From NCBI GenBank assembly GCA_004764695.1, contig SMSO01000031.1:8600761-8664760 (forward strand): 64,000 bases of DNA. The letters are read 5' to 3'. Shown one piece after another: positions 13,323 to 22,708 of this stretch. Positions within the stretch are counted from its first letter, which is position 1. Every line of letters starts with the position of its first letter. The notes under the pieces were generated by a model. It did no database searches, was not told where the DNA came from, and saw nothing but the letters and a program-made list of their open reading frames with translations. The stretch comes from Schizochytrium sp. TIO01. Taxonomy: Eukaryota > Protista > Bigyra: Labyrinthulomycetes. Made by a program: the position numbers and the translations under genes.

Positions 13323-14381
13323 CTATGTATCGAAGAGTCGTTGGCATGATTTGCTAGGAGGTAACTTTGTTGTTACATCTTTTTGATTCAGCAATTCATT
13401 ACCTTTAATGCGAGCAAACATTGCGTGGAAGTGGCGCATCTTTTTTATATAAATGTCTTCCATGACTGCGTCGATGTATTCGTCGAAGTCACCACCATAG
13501 GCTACACTGATGATGTTCTTCAAAAACTCGTCAAAATGATCATGACGAGTACCAAACTTATTCCTGTTAAATGATGTGTTTTGCCATCTCAAAATTGTGG
13601 TAAGGGGATCTGGTTGAGCATTAAGTGGTAGAATGGAATCAAATTTGGAAACAGATTCGAAGAAAGTATTAATCGTACAATAAGCATGGGCTGCTAACTT
13701 CAAGCTCAATTCCATTTCATTAACAATCAGCGAGTTTTCAATATTTGAATGTCCTAATTCCTCTTCCGTATGGTCTTTTGCGATTGCCCAAATAACAAAC
13801 GTAACTTCAATGTGTTGTAGCTCGTTTAGAATGGATTGGATACTAACATTCGTTGGCATTCTTCCGTCGTTGTCATCATGTTGGAGATCAAATAAGGTGT
13901 AAAAAATAACATTGCGGACCTCCCCAAATTCCGCGGCTATTAAATCCTGCAGCAGCATTTGTGAAAACTGATTTGGAAAGTAAAATTTGGGTAACAAGCT
14001 TCTAAATGCATGTAGGTACCATTTTTAGGAGCATGTAATGTGAACTTGTGATGTTTTTTCAGTGAACGCCACTGTCTCAAAGGCATGGTCAAAATACAGT
14101 AGTACAGAGACAGGTTAAATTCCTTTCCTGTATTGTGGGCATAGAGGCACACAGTTGTATCATTACTTTTACAAGACTCATCTGCTTCGCAATACAAATC
14201 GTGTGATATCTGCAAAATGCTCTCTCTTGGAATCCACCCTAAAGAGGGCTTGTAGAAGGTACTAAATTGAGCTAACAATGTACTTCGTCACTTGGAACCA
14301 TCGAAGTGTATCTGCTATTAGATACAATTCTGACCGCTCGGATTGTATCTGTCGTAAAACTATTGCTGTAAGTACTCGCAT
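13323..14381 (-). pseudogene. Hypothetical protein gene with decayed 5' part; intact 224-aa C-terminal ORF 13323-13997
   Basis: The 224-aa ORF has globular-protein composition. The same frame extends to an ATG at 14381 (MRVLTAIVLRQIQ...) through about seven in-frame stops. No family recognised. Confidence 0.4.
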
Positions 14382-15331
14382 CAAGAGACCCAAAACTTAA
14401 ATAATGCACCAAATAAAGCAAACACCACATCATTCACAAACTATCTAACAATAAATAATCTCATTGGTTTTACTATATATTGACAGCGTCAGATAATATG
14501 ACCATAGGTGCAAACATATTCACTCAACTAAATGCTGATTGTGAATAACTCCCATTTGTTCAAATGAATTAAAAAAGTTAAAATGAAAAACGAATCCTAA
14601 AAATAAATCGAAGAAGCGAAGTATGAAACAAACGAAGGAGGCAGGTGCTCCTTAGGACAAACCATAGCCTTCATAACTACACAGTCTTACTATTTTAAAA
14701 CTAAAATCTAAGCTGCTAAATAAAGAAGTTAAGAAGTTAAGAAGTTAAGAAGTTCAAGGCAGCCTTGAAAACCTGGATTCTCGTCCGCCTCTCGGCCGCT
14801 CACGATGCCTACGGAGCTGTAAGCTGCGCTTCAAAATGCGAGGCGGACCCCGGCCTACAGCCAATTTATGTGGCCTTGGCATTGGATCCATTCATTCATT
14901 CATTCATTCATTCATTCATTGTCAGGCACTCATGAAAAACATTCGATGGAATGTGTATATATATATTATGGAGATACATCATCGAAACAGACCTCCTCCA
15001 CTGGAGGGGACAGCTGTTTTGGGTCTCCGATAAAGGAACACACGCACCGCTGAGAAGCGCGAGATCTCCTATCTTCTTTGGCAGGAAGCGGGCAGAGAGA
15101 TTGCGGTCACGGGCAGGGACGGGGCCTTGAATTCTGGTGAGAGCGCGCCTTGTGCTGCCTGCAGTGGCCTCTGCTTCCTCTTCATGCCTGACCCGACGCC
15201 ATCACGCCGGCGGCATTTATTTATTGCCAAACAGACAAATTCGTCGATGGAGTGGAGATGAAATTCACCAGGTAGCATTAGATTTTCCAGTCTGCCGTTC
15301 TCCTTTCTATTTATTCTATTCTGTTTTTAGT

Positions 15332-16500
15332 TTAACCAGGAAAGAGCCAATTAATGAGGCATCGTTTAAAGAGCTTTCTATAGCGCTCCGCTTTGAAAAC
15401 ATAGTTCTCCAGGCAAACTTTTACAGCCTTCCATTCACTCAAATGAAGATTGACAAGAAATGCAGTGTCTTGCGGATCTATCGGTTCCCTCTTAGGCTCT
15501 AATTCAACCTTGAAAAGCTTGAACACAGGCGCTAGCATATCATAACAAGGGTTCGTCGAGTCCTGACGGGAATGCAAGTCGAAATGAAACTGTATGCATT
15601 GCCCTCAAGATCCTTGCGTACTCCACCTTCGAATAAAGATTCTTCGGACGAATGTCGCTCAAGCCAGAGGCGCTCAGTCGATCAGAATAAACCACAACGG
15701 GCTTCGGTCGCACGCGAGGTCTGCCCAGACTCTTGGTACCTTCCTTCTTACGCACCAAACCAAGACGAACAGAGCGTCTTTGGACAATTGTAGGATTCAA
15801 GGAATCATCGTTAAAATCTCTAAGAACTCCCACCCAACCCACTTCAGAAAGAATTTGGTAATTTCTGTATCCCTGGCCTTCGCTGGCTATGGTGTGCTTG
15901 CGTACAAGCTCCCCCAGTTTCAGGTCTTCGCTTAATTTCCACCGAAGTGTAGAATTCCACTTGGTTTGAAGTGAACTCTCGGCACGATCACAGCCGCCTG
16001 TGAGCTCATTGAAGCGCTTCGAAACCTCTGTCCAAGCAATACAGCGATCGTGGCTTCTTTGTAATACCGCTGTGCGTCACGCGGCACCTCCCTCTTCTCG
16101 CATAATCAACACTAGAGCATTCTCTTCTTCCTTGGTAAAAGGCTTCGGTTTGTACGAAAGCGCTGAAGCGCGCTGCTCACTGCGAATTTTCTGTGATTTT
16201 GAAAAGCTGCTTCGGTTCAATAACTTCGAAAAGCTATCATAGCACCGATTACGGCCTCCGGTCGCGTTCTTCAACTCCTCGCGCTTAAGGCGTTTAGAAA
16301 AATCAATGAAGCGCGGGTCGCCTAACAGGATGACGAAATATTCCACGCGCTCCCAGGGTGTTTTCTTTGAAAGCGAGGTTCCTTTGTGGGTGTATGTATT
16401 TTCGGTTGAACTTCTCTGGCACCTCTGGAGTGTCTCCCTGTCATCGTCGTGGTATCTCTGCCTTAGCTCCCAGATTGGGACCGTCGCCGCTGAGTCTGCG
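15332..16500 (-). pseudogene. Tandem Myb/SANT-like DNA-binding protein, disrupted
   Basis: One frame reads KTPWERVEYFVILL...ELKNATGGRNRCYDSF...KPFTKEEENALVLIMREEGGAA*RTAVLQRSHDRCIAWTEVSKRFNELTGGCDRAESSLQTKWNSTL and joins ORFs 16077-16346 and 15540-15842 across a single TGA (16077-79). It probably continues by frameshift into ORF 15332-15577. No in-frame ATG upstream of the first repeat. Confidence 0.65.
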
Positions 16501-16502
16501 CG

Positions 16503-16503
<1 letters not shown>

Positions 16504-16572
<69 letters not shown>

Positions 16573-16597
16573 CTGCTGCTTCTGCTGCTGCTGCTGC
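16504..16597. repeat. (CTG/CAG)n trinucleotide repeat, ~31 units with two interruptions
   Basis: Direct reading; lies at the 5' end of the Myb-like frame. Confidence 0.97.
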
Positions 16598-16884
16598 CAC
16601 TTCTTCTTTGTTCAGGTGAGAGCGGCTGCGCAGAAAAGCTAGTGATTCTGGGCTGTGCATGACTGATCCTCCATCTTCCCTCTCTTCAATCTCTTTTCTT
16701 CATAACACAGAGATGAAGAGATAACGGGCGGATGTAAGGGTGGGGGTGGGCGGGCAGAACCACCGCCCGCTCGTCCCAGCTGCGCCTGCGCAGTACCGTG
16801 CGTCTTGTGCCGCTGCCAGGGCAGCACCCAGTTTATTTTGACTTTAAAAATCTGGGATATTTTCCTTAACCAAGGTTAAGCTGT

Positions 16885-17220
16885 AAAACATAAGTTGAAG
16901 AAGAACAGTATTTAGGTAAAGCATAAAAAGTGTAAGAAGAACAGTGTTTAAGTAAGCATAAATTTTGGGAAGCTAAGAGTGTTCTTTTTAAAATAAATAG
17001 CCTTCAAATTAAGAACAGTGAATAACACTAAGTAAAGCAATAAGATGAGGTTAAACATAAAGTTTGAGAAGAACAGTATGAATAACACTAAGAAAAGAAT
17101 AAAGTTTGAGAAGAACAGTACTAGTACATAAAGTTAAAGAAGAACAGTATCAATAGCACTAAGTAAAGCATAAAGTTTGAGAAGAACAGTATGAATAACA
17201 CTAATGCAATAACTGTTCTT
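16885..17220. repeat. Degenerate AT-rich minisatellite with AAGAACAGT core
   Basis: Core occurs 7 times (~16901, 16937, 17011, 17069, 17111, 17140, 17182), often within CATAAAGTTTGAGAAGAACAGTATGAATAACACTAA; inverted copy ACTGTTCTT at ~17212. Confidence 0.85.
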
Positions 17221-17901
17221 TTAGAAAGTTTGAACGTATCGACTAAACCTAGAATAGTGTACTATATGACTTTACCACCACAGTGTTTTGCGCAAAATAG
17301 CATTAAGTTTTAATATACTCCCCAATATCCCCAATAGACTTCTTCAATGCCCCAGATGAGAAATTTGTATATGCTATTGCTCTAAGAACGAACATAACAA
17401 TTTTGAAGGGGGTATATTAATGAGTTTATTATACCACATACTTCAGTCAACTCTCGCCTTAAGTTACAGAGTACATCCCCCTTGTTCTTTTGACATTTAG
17501 AGTAAAGTACATATTACTACTACCATCTCCTTCACCCAATTGATGTTGACGTTTAAGATGCCCCCTTCATATATTGTTAGATATTGTTTCGTAGAGGTTT
17601 TTCTCCCTCAAATTAATTGATCAGCAACATATGCAGCAACAGCAACAACTCTTGAAAGGTCGAGCAAGTGAGGCTTACAATTGCTTAAAGACTCCGAGGT
17701 TGGAAACTTTGCAGCAGGTGCAACATTCGTGTCTGCTGCAGAAGGTGTCTTGGCTGCGCTCGGAAGAAGCTCCAAAGAGAATTTCTGCGTTCTCGAGCCC
17801 ATCGTCGGATCCCGTTGGCGAGTGCCAGAGCGTCAACTCCAAAGCACAAACCTCGTGGAAACGTCTGAGGAGCACGGCGTAAACCTCACGCTCAACACAC
17901 A

Positions 17902-19413
17902 ATGCTGGCCGAGGAGCAAGATGCTCGGTGCGCGTTGTACAGCCTCAGCACAGTAGTGGCGCGTCGCGACGGACTTTTGCGGCAGCTCGAGTATTATTTC
18001 GGCGATGAGAATCTCCCCAAGGATCACTTCCTGCTCCATAAACAGCTTCGTGGAAACCCTCGAAACTGGTGCACTATCAAGGTCCTTCTTACATTTCCTA
18101 AACTCAAGCGTCAGGGTATCAAAGCTCGCGAAGTCGTACGCGCCGTCAAGCACGCTTCGCAAAATGCCAAGAGCAACAATAAAAACGCTGACAAACCGCT
18201 CCTCGAAGTCAGCAAAGACGGAAGAGCAATCCGGCGCACCCGCGCGATGGCGATTGAATCGGGTGCCTTGGGGGGGACCCAAGATGATAATCGTGATGCT
18301 GAGAAGCATGTAGAGGAAGAAGATTTGGAGAAGATTGCTCGCACGGTGCGAGTGACGAGTTTAGCAAGCATGCAGGACCTTAGGGATAGGAGCCCGATCT
18401 CGGAGACCAAAGTTCGTGCGTACTTCGAGGAGCAGATTAAGAAGTTGCCAAAGATTATTGGCGGCGCTGGAGAACAGCAGTCTGCGGCAGCAGTGAAAGA
18501 TATGGTCAAGAGTGTGCGCCTCGAGAATATGCAGCAGCCCAATCAAAAGGAAGCCTTCGCGAGAAAACCGCAACCGTATGCACTGGTGGAACTTGCATCG
18601 CAACAACTCGCTGCAGCGATGGTCGAAGCACATGCATCGACAGATTGGCGCCGCGGGGTTCAGGTGAAACGCGAGCGCCCCACCAAGAAACACAATAAGC
18701 AGAACAATGCCAACATCGCTCATGAAGCCGACCAAACTCCGCAGCAGCAACAACAGCAGCAGCAGATTAAAAAACAGAACAAAAAACAGCAAAATAAGTC
18801 GAAAACCAATGAAGATGCACAAGCATGCTCTACTACCCCGCAGGAAGAAACTGTCTCGCCTGCTGCTCCTGCAGCCGTAGCTGTAGAACCCGAGGCTATG
18901 GTCGATGCTGCTGAAGAAGACCAGGTAGACACCGCTTCGGCCCAAGCTAACCGGCGAAAGGGCAAGGTCCGCACACTCGACAGAGACAACCTTGAAGGTT
19001 TTATTGCGGACTTTCCGAGCAAAATAAAGATGCAACGCAAAAAGGGACCGCGCTCCTACTTCTTCAGGCTTGCTGATAAGCCTGAGGAATTCCGTAAGCT
19101 CCGTGTTGGCTCTGTTGTTTCCTACATTGCAGATGCAAATGGTAATGCTATGCATGTAGAACTAGACCAAGAGGCAGAGGAAAAGCACCGTGTGGAGACT
19201 TTTGAAGCTGAAGCAGCGGAGGCTGGTACCTCCATGCCCACACCCCCACGCCGCAAGCCCAAGCCCAAAGCAGGCACCGCGGCTAGTTCTTTTGTTTCGG
19301 GCGCTCAGGGATCATTTGCACGCGGACCTCCAAACGAACAAAGCAAGTACCGCGGATTTGGGCACCGGGAGTGGCGCGGACTACGTGGGGTGGCGCAAAC
19401 TGCCTCTGCGTAA
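17902..19413 (+). CDS. La-related RNA-binding protein, LARP6-like (La motif, RRM, cold-shock-like domain, LSA/SUZ-C-like tail)
   Basis: La motif LRQLEYYFGDENLPKDHFL...LLTFPKLK...LEVSKDGRAIRR; RRM (RTVRVTSL...YALVELAS); CSD-like KGKVRTLDRDNLEGFI...YFF...LRVGSVVSY; tail ARGPPNEQSKYRGFG. True start uncertain. Confidence 0.88.
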   Translation: MLAEEQDARCALYSLSTVVARRDGLLRQLEYYFGDENLPKDHFLLHKQLRGNPRNWCTIKVLLTFPKLKRQGIKAREVVRAVKHASQNAKSNNKNADKPLLEVSKDGRAIRRTRAMAIESGALGGTQDDNRDAEKHVEEEDLEKIARTVRVTSLASMQDLRDRSPISETKVRAYFEEQIKKLPKIIGGAGEQQSAAAVKDMVKSVRLENMQQPNQKEAFARKPQPYALVELASQQLAAAMVEAHASTDWRRGVQVKRERPTKKHNKQNNANIAHEADQTPQQQQQQQQIKKQNKKQQNKSKTNEDAQACSTTPQEETVSPAAPAAVAVEPEAMVDAAEEDQVDTASAQANRRKGKVRTLDRDNLEGFIADFPSKIKMQRKKGPRSYFFRLADKPEEFRKLRVGSVVSYIADANGNAMHVELDQEAEEKHRVETFEAEAAEAGTSMPTPPRRKPKPKAGTAASSFVSGAQGSFARGPPNEQSKYRGFGHREWRGLRGVAQTASA

Positions 19414-20079
19414 CTCAAAATCTATTCTTATTTTTTTTTTCCAAATTCGACAGAAATCAGAACTTCTACATAGCATAATAGTCCTTCATCGCACACACAA
19501 AGTTTTTAGTACATAATCATCTCGCTGTGCCATCATTTAGTCAACCAGTTTGTAAATTTGTTTACAAGAGGTGAAGTAGTGACACGCGCACTCTGCAGTT
19601 ACCCTTTCTTTCTTGCACTTAGGCAGAGGAAAAAGAAATCAGGCTGAACTGCTGAGAACACATAATTTCCACTCACATGCCCTACACACGTGCTCGTTTA
19701 CGTTCGAGGATGGTACTGCAAGCATGTAACGTGGATGTAGTTGCCAATTCATATTAACCCATTTCCTTTCTTAGTTTCACCCTCTTTTGCTGACATCGAC
19801 AGCTTTGCTCGCCGCCATCAAGAACTAAGCATGCGGATATAGTATACGCGAACTCAACCTTGAGAGTTTTTCAATCAGTTGGATGCTACTTTTAGCAGAG
19901 AAAAGTGCAAAAGCTTATGCTTGAATTACAAACAACATAAAGTCAAAGGTTAATGTGCATGGAAACAAAAATTAAAGTAAAATAAAAACATAACTCCTTT
20001 CTTGTATTGCTATGCCCCCACCAAAAGATTCAATCAAACCATCATCATCATTATCAAATAAGTATTACTACACCGCCAA

Positions 20080-22407
20080 TCACTTGCCAGACGCACCGAA
20101 AAGACCTTGATCATCTTCCAAAGCAAGCTCGGGAGCAACAAGCGAAGTGAGGAAAAGCTCTTTATTTCCCTTGAACAAGTTACGAACTTCTGCTGGCATG
20201 GTTTCCCAATACTCACTCCAATACTTTGACTTGCTTGGCTCTTGACTTGTCGATGTTTTCTTGCCAAGCTTCTCATGCGCTGGCGCTCGCTCAGCTCCCT
20301 GCTGAGGCCTAGATTGAGACGCTGAGGATGGTGTAGCGGGGGTGCTGCGGCCCGATGCTCGTGAACTTCGTCCATCGGAGCGTGGAGTGCCAGCACGTGG
20401 ATGATGCATAGAGATTTCCTCATCCGCAGCAACGTAGACTGGCATAGGACGTGATTTGGCGTTTGGCACAATCTCACTTAGCAGCTCAAGTTGATTTTGC
20501 AAAACTCGTAGAATATCACTCTCAAAGGTAAGGGGGTTTGCCACAACTACGCGCAGAGCCACCACGGGGTGGCCACCATACCGAGGCGCACGAATCGTTG
20601 TTCGTGATACAAAGGTACGTCCCTGCAAGGTTTGCTTCTGTTGCAAGGCAATATTTAATTCATCAATCTTGGCATTTTCCTCCGAAGTTAGCTTATCACC
20701 ACGCAGAACAGCCTCCTGCAGTGCGGGGGGGACCACGCGATATAATAAAATATTGGTGGCCGGCTTTGTCACGAGCTCGAACCACCCCTTCGAAGTGAGA
20801 ATTTGGCGCGCCATAAAGTTTACAATACGAATACTACGGTCTACCAGGACTTCATAGCCCCGGATACCAAACACATTAAGGTTGGCATGCAAATATACTG
20901 CATTTGCAGGACGAGACCCTTCGAGAGTGAATTTACCCAGATCATATGACTCCTTGCGAATAATGTACCGTGCCGTCTTTTGCACCGAAGAAATCAGGCT
21001 TGGGTCTTGCAGAAAGCACAGGCCACAACCCATGGGCATGTAAAGTTGCTTATGTCCATCTAATGTGATAGTCTGTGCACGTTCAATGCCGCGTAGCAGG
21101 CCGCCGTGCTTCTTGGAGAAAACCAATGGTCCACCCCAGGCTGCATCTACATGGAAGTGCACCTTGTAGCGCTCCGCAATGTCTGCCAGCCCACTGAGAT
21201 CATCAATCGTACCTGTTTCAGTTGCACCCGCTACACCGAGCAGAGCGATGACAAGTAGCTTCTTCTCTTGGCACTCACGCACAGCCTCCTCAACTTTATC
21301 CAATCGTACGCGGAAGTTTTCATCAAATGGAACAGAGACCAACGATTGCATGCCGAGGCCAAGCACATCGACAGCCTTGCCCATAGAGTAGTGCAGAAGC
21401 TCACTGCCAATAATGCAGGCACCCTCATACCCGAGCTGCTTTAGTGCGGTAAACATTCCACACTGTTCAACACCAGCAAAACCCTCGCGAGGTCCAAGTG
21501 CCACGTTGCGAGCAATCCACAATGCTGTTGTGTTTGCCACCGTTCCTCCAGAAGTGAATACACCAAGCACAGCGTCCATAGCTTGTGAGTAGCGTGCATA
21601 AAAGCTGTCTTCACGCTGATATATTTGTCGATGCAGCTGAGCCATGGCCTCGCGCTCCAAAAAGGTGATTGTATTTGCGGTCTCGGTCTTGACCACATTT
21701 TGATTCATGGTCGTCACCAGTCTGCTCAAAGGTCTCATAAAAAAAGGCAGCGAAGATGTCATATGACCAATCATGGCAGGCGAGCTCGTGTTCACGGCAT
21801 CTTTAACTGCGGTATTGACAAAGTTATCCAAGTATCGGTCGATACGATCCTCATCACCTTGTAGAGGGTTTTCGGGCACCGAGATCTCTCCAAATCTCTC
21901 TGAGAGCTCCTTCAGCGATACATCTGCCGCTCGGACATGTTCCGCGCTCAAGAAGGCCTTTTCGGCAGCTTTAAGCTGCCTCTCAGTTTGCTTCAAGCTT
22001 GATGCCGCTGTGGCGATGGTATTTACTGCTGTCGCGGCATCATCAATATCATCATCTCGACAAGCCGCTGTCGTCGTCACATTTCCAGAAATGTCAATAT
22101 CTCCTTCATTATCGCTCTCGAGTCCGTTCTCGCTGCTTGCAAGGTATTCCTCATTGTTGCGAAGGTGAAGCTCGGGTAAGGTTGCCTCTTCTGCGGTTTC
22201 TCCAGCAGAGGAATTGTGCAGGTCACCGTCAGATGTAATCGACGATGAACGAGGCAAGAACAGCCTCCGAATGAGTTCTTCTTCGACCTCGTCGACCTCG
22301 TCCTCCTCTTCTTCTCCTTCTTCCTGATCTTCGTAAACGTCCTCTGACGCCTCTGATCGCACCTCGAGGGCCTCCATGGCGGTCCAGTGCACCTCGAGCA
22401 CCATCAA
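20080..22407 (-). CDS. panP: Group II PLP-dependent decarboxylase, PanP-type putative aspartate 1-decarboxylase
   Basis: SPAMIGHMTSSLP, MNQNVVKTET, GVFTSGGTVANTTALWIARN, HYS, GATETGTID, HFHVDAAWGG, PLP-lysine motif TLDGHKQLYMPMG, LGKFTLEGSRP, GRTFVSRT. Acidic N-terminal and low-complexity C-terminal extensions. Substrate is inferred. Confidence 0.85.
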   Translation of the reverse strand: MMVLEVHWTAMEALEVRSEASEDVYEDQEEGEEEEDEVDEVEEELIRRLFLPRSSSITSDGDLHNSSAGETAEEATLPELHLRNNEEYLASSENGLESDNEGDIDISGNVTTTAACRDDDIDDAATAVNTIATAASSLKQTERQLKAAEKAFLSAEHVRAADVSLKELSERFGEISVPENPLQGDEDRIDRYLDNFVNTAVKDAVNTSSPAMIGHMTSSLPFFMRPLSRLVTTMNQNVVKTETANTITFLEREAMAQLHRQIYQREDSFYARYSQAMDAVLGVFTSGGTVANTTALWIARNVALGPREGFAGVEQCGMFTALKQLGYEGACIIGSELLHYSMGKAVDVLGLGMQSLVSVPFDENFRVRLDKVEEAVRECQEKKLLVIALLGVAGATETGTIDDLSGLADIAERYKVHFHVDAAWGGPLVFSKKHGGLLRGIERAQTITLDGHKQLYMPMGCGLCFLQDPSLISSVQKTARYIIRKESYDLGKFTLEGSRPANAVYLHANLNVFGIRGYEVLVDRSIRIVNFMARQILTSKGWFELVTKPATNILLYRVVPPALQEAVLRGDKLTSEENAKIDELNIALQQKQTLQGRTFVSRTTIRAPRYGGHPVVALRVVVANPLTFESDILRVLQNQLELLSEIVPNAKSRPMPVYVAADEEISMHHPRAGTPRSDGRSSRASGRSTPATPSSASQSRPQQGAERAPAHEKLGKKTSTSQEPSKSKYWSEYWETMPAEVRNLFKGNKELFLTSLVAPELALEDDQGLFGASGK

Positions 22408-22632
22408 GGTCTGTTTCTTGAGCTGCTCCAGAACAAGCGCTCACTTTCCTTTATATCTCTCACAGTCAAAAATCAATTATAAAATCAACCAAAAAGTCAC
22501 AATGTGGATTGATCAAGAACAACGAATGAAACAAAACCAATCAATTTACACTCCGCCGACTCACGCTTCAAGCTTGTGCTTGTTTTCTCGAGCTGCTCAA
22601 GCTCAAGGTGCGCAACGGATTGAGTGTCCGAG

Positions 22633-22708
22633 TTTGGGGTTTGGACCTTGACGTTTGGGGTTTGGGGTTCGGAGTTTGGAGTTTGGAGTTTGGAGTTTGG
22701 AGTTTGGG
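22633..22708. repeat. Heptamer repeat TTTGGGG/TTTGGAG
   Basis: About 9 imperfect units upstream of the decarboxylase gene. Confidence 0.85.

Noticed and set aside
16077-16079. Selenocysteine reading of the in-frame TGA in the Myb-like frame
   Set aside because: No redox motif context, no SECIS recognised, and other disablements exist in the same gene.
16885-17220. CRISPR-like array
   Set aside because: Core is only 9 bp, spacers are related to each other and irregular, no cas genes, eukaryotic context.
18361-19155. 264-aa minus-strand ORF (likewise 28371-28991 +)
   Set aside because: Antisense to well-supported genes, with no domain signal.
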